In this document: in pieces, positions 62,376 through 64,000 of the stretch
Numbering within the stretch: the first letter of the stretch is position 1
Layout: the number at the start of each line of letters is the position of its first letter
Assembly (NCBI GenBank): GCA_965601925.1
Contig: OZ271854.1
Location: 3,648,001-3,712,000 of the forward strand
DNA from: Alkalispirochaeta sp.
Lineage (GTDB): Bacteria > Spirochaetota > Spirochaetia > DSM-27196 > Alkalispirochaetaceae
DNA: 64,000 nt
Reading direction: 5' to 3'
The notes under the pieces: model-generated
What the model was told of the DNA's origin: nothing
The model's input: the letters and a program-made list of their open reading frames with translations, nothing else
The model's database searches: none
Made by a program: the position numbers and the translations under genes

Positions 62376-63205
62376 CCACGCGTATCCGGCGGCCCGTCCT
62401 TCGTTACCACGGTGGCAAGTGGCGACTCGCACCGTGGATCATCTCGCACTTCCCGCCACACCGCGTGTATGTCGAGCCGTATGGCGGGGCGGCGAGTGTG
62501 TTGATGCGGAAGCCGCGGGCGAGCACCGAAGTCTACAACGACCTCGACGGCGAGATTGTGAACGCGCTCCGTGTCATCCGCGAGTACGGACACAGGCTCG
62601 CGGAGCTCTTGCGGCACACGCCATACGCGCGCGATGAGTTCGCGCAGAGCTACGAGCCGAGCGAGGACCCAGTCGAGCAGGCACGACGGACGATTGTGCG
62701 GTCGTTCTTCGGGCACGGGAGCGCGGGGACCGCCGGACACTCAACGGGGTTCCGAGCGAAGGCGCACGCAACCCACCCTGGCGGCGCGAAGGAGTGGGCG
62801 AACTATTGGGCGCAGATCGAGGAGTTCTCGGACAGGCTGGCGGGCGTGACCATCGAGAGCCGGCCCGCGATCGACGTGATAGCGGAGTACGACCAGGACG
62901 GCGCGCTGTTCTACGTAGATCCGCCGTATATGCCAGGGACTCGGCGTCGGGGCAATCAGTACTGCCGGAAAGGCGAGTACCGGCATGAGATGACCGAGGA
63001 AGATCACGCAGAGTTACTCGGCGCCCTCGGGAATGTCCGGGGCTCTGTGGTGATAAGCGGATATCCGTCGGAGCTCTACAACGAACGGCTTGGAGACTGG
63101 CGCCGCATCACACGGACGGCGTACGCGGATCGTGCAGCCAGGAGGTCGGAGGTTTTGTGGTTATCACCAAACATCAAGCCGGTGCAGGGGGAGTTGTTCG
63201 GATGA
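62372..63205 (+). CDS. DNA adenine methylase (D12/Dam class)
   Basis: YHGGKW, YVEPYGGAASV, NDLD, YVDPPY. Confidence 0.92.
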   Translation: MTTRIRRPVLRYHGGKWRLAPWIISHFPPHRVYVEPYGGAASVLMRKPRASTEVYNDLDGEIVNALRVIREYGHRLAELLRHTPYARDEFAQSYEPSEDPVEQARRTIVRSFFGHGSAGTAGHSTGFRAKAHATHPGGAKEWANYWAQIEEFSDRLAGVTIESRPAIDVIAEYDQDGALFYVDPPYMPGTRRRGNQYCRKGEYRHEMTEEDHAELLGALGNVRGSVVISGYPSELYNERLGDWRRITRTAYADRAARRSEVLWLSPNIKPVQGELFG

Positions 63206-63338
63206 GACGGAAAAGGTCGCGGGTCCTTCTGGAGATTTTGACATTTATGACGGGTGATGTTCCGCACCGTCGCTCCCTCCACCACATCGCTCTTTTTTCT
63301 GAGGTGGTTTAGTTGATCGTGACAGGCAAGGAGCTGAC

Positions 63339-63632
63339 GTGACGTGTCCGAAGTGCGGAGGCAAGACCAAAGTCCTTGAGCGACGGAAGATCACGCCCTC
63401 GCTGTTTCTACGCCGCCGTCGCTGCGTGCGGTGTGACTATCGATTCAATACATACGAGGCGCGGGAGAAAGACGAACATATACCACTACCGGTAGTGGTA
63501 CTCGATGGAAAGACCGGTTTAAATGCCGGTTCGGCGCCTGTAGCCTTGAGTCAGTGGCAAGCGGAAGCAGGGCGAAATACAACCGACCGTCTCGAATCCG
63601 TCGCGGATACGACAGCGAATGGTACAACGTAA
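63339..63632 (+). CDS. NrdR-N-like zinc-ribbon protein
   Basis: CPKCGG.TKV...RRRRCVRCDYRFNTYE; SD AAGGAG. Confidence 0.7.
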   Translation: MTCPKCGGKTKVLERRKITPSLFLRRRRCVRCDYRFNTYEAREKDEHIPLPVVVLDGKTGLNAGSAPVALSQWQAEAGRNTTDRLESVADTTANGTT

Positions 63633-63898
63633 TCCGTCCTGCGGTCCTGCGAGCGCACGGGATCCCCGAGGATCAATGGCGGCTCTACGACGTAGACCAT
63701 CGTCCCGCCTACAACCCCGACGTGGAACCCGATCATCGCAAGTACACGCTTGTCCCGATGCTGCGTGGCGAACACAGCCGCAAGACCGCGACGGTTGACG
63801 GCGGGTTCGGGAACCGAACGAACGACCGGCCACATATCAAGCCTGTCCGGCCGGTGAGCAGAACGGTGCAGCAATCGCCGAACGTGAGGATCACATGA
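63554..63898 (+). CDS. HNH-like endonuclease (terminase-associated type, Cys-free)
   Basis: RRGYDSEW...VDH...HSRKT...GGFG. Confidence 0.7.
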   Translation: MASGSRAKYNRPSRIRRGYDSEWYNVIRPAVLRAHGIPEDQWRLYDVDHRPAYNPDVEPDHRKYTLVPMLRGEHSRKTATVDGGFGNRTNDRPHIKPVRPVSRTVQQSPNVRIT

Positions 63899-64000
63899 CG
63901 GACACGCTCAACGCCCAAGGATCGCGCATGACGCTAAGCATCGGCGACACCACCGACTTTGATGTCTCTCATGTTCGCGTGAACAAGCTCGATCCGTCCG
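63895..64000 (+). CDS. Partial phage ORF running off the window end
   Basis: ATGA coupling; open to the end of the window. Confidence 0.45.
   Translation, partial: MTDTLNAQGSRMTLSIGDTTDFDVSHVRVNKLDPS

Larger units (their letters stand above)
47560..64000 (+). mobile_element. Temperate prophage (left/early half; runs past the window end)
   Basis: Integrase next to a tRNA, repressor with divergent early operon, replication initiator + DnaB, methylases, HNH genes, tightly coupled small ORFs. Confidence 0.93.

Noticed and set aside
63288..63295. boxA-like CGCTCTTT upstream of the zinc-ribbon gene
   Set aside because: It is a short match with no convincing boxB or antiterminator gene visible.

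Overview
This GC-rich bacterial window looks spirochaetal, inferred from a FlaB-type flagellin, a BpuR/DUF3276 protein, a short SMC and the ffh-rpsP-rimM-trmD-rplS-flhB-like-HD-GYP-yraN synteny. Bases 1 to ~47,560 are host chromosome. They carry a cheA-cheR-cheB chemosensory cluster tied to two hybrid kinases, lepA, an nlpD-like/sigma-70 pair, a membrane pyrophosphatase, rnhB, smc, the ffh/ribosomal cluster, coaD-rpmF-acpP-rnc, flagellin and three tRNAs (Pro-CGG, Gly-TCC, Thr-TGT). From the 3' end of tRNA-Thr to the window end lies the left/early half of a temperate prophage. It has an integrase, lower-GC cargo genes, an XRE repressor with a divergent early promoter, a run of small early genes, a replication initiator with internal iterons, DnaB, an N6-adenine methylase and HNH genes. 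Three signals in the prophage stand out. (1) A C5 DNA methyltransferase is split across two nested reading frames, and the inner frame carries five ~33-aa repeats plus motif IX. (2) A 139-nt tRNA-shaped RNA has perfect acceptor, D and T arms but a large structured insert, and it is followed by a second degenerate tRNA-like element. (3) A probably leaderless peptide/soluble protein/membrane protein cassette converges on a repressor that has no autocleavage domain. All calls come from reading motifs by eye; no database searches were run.
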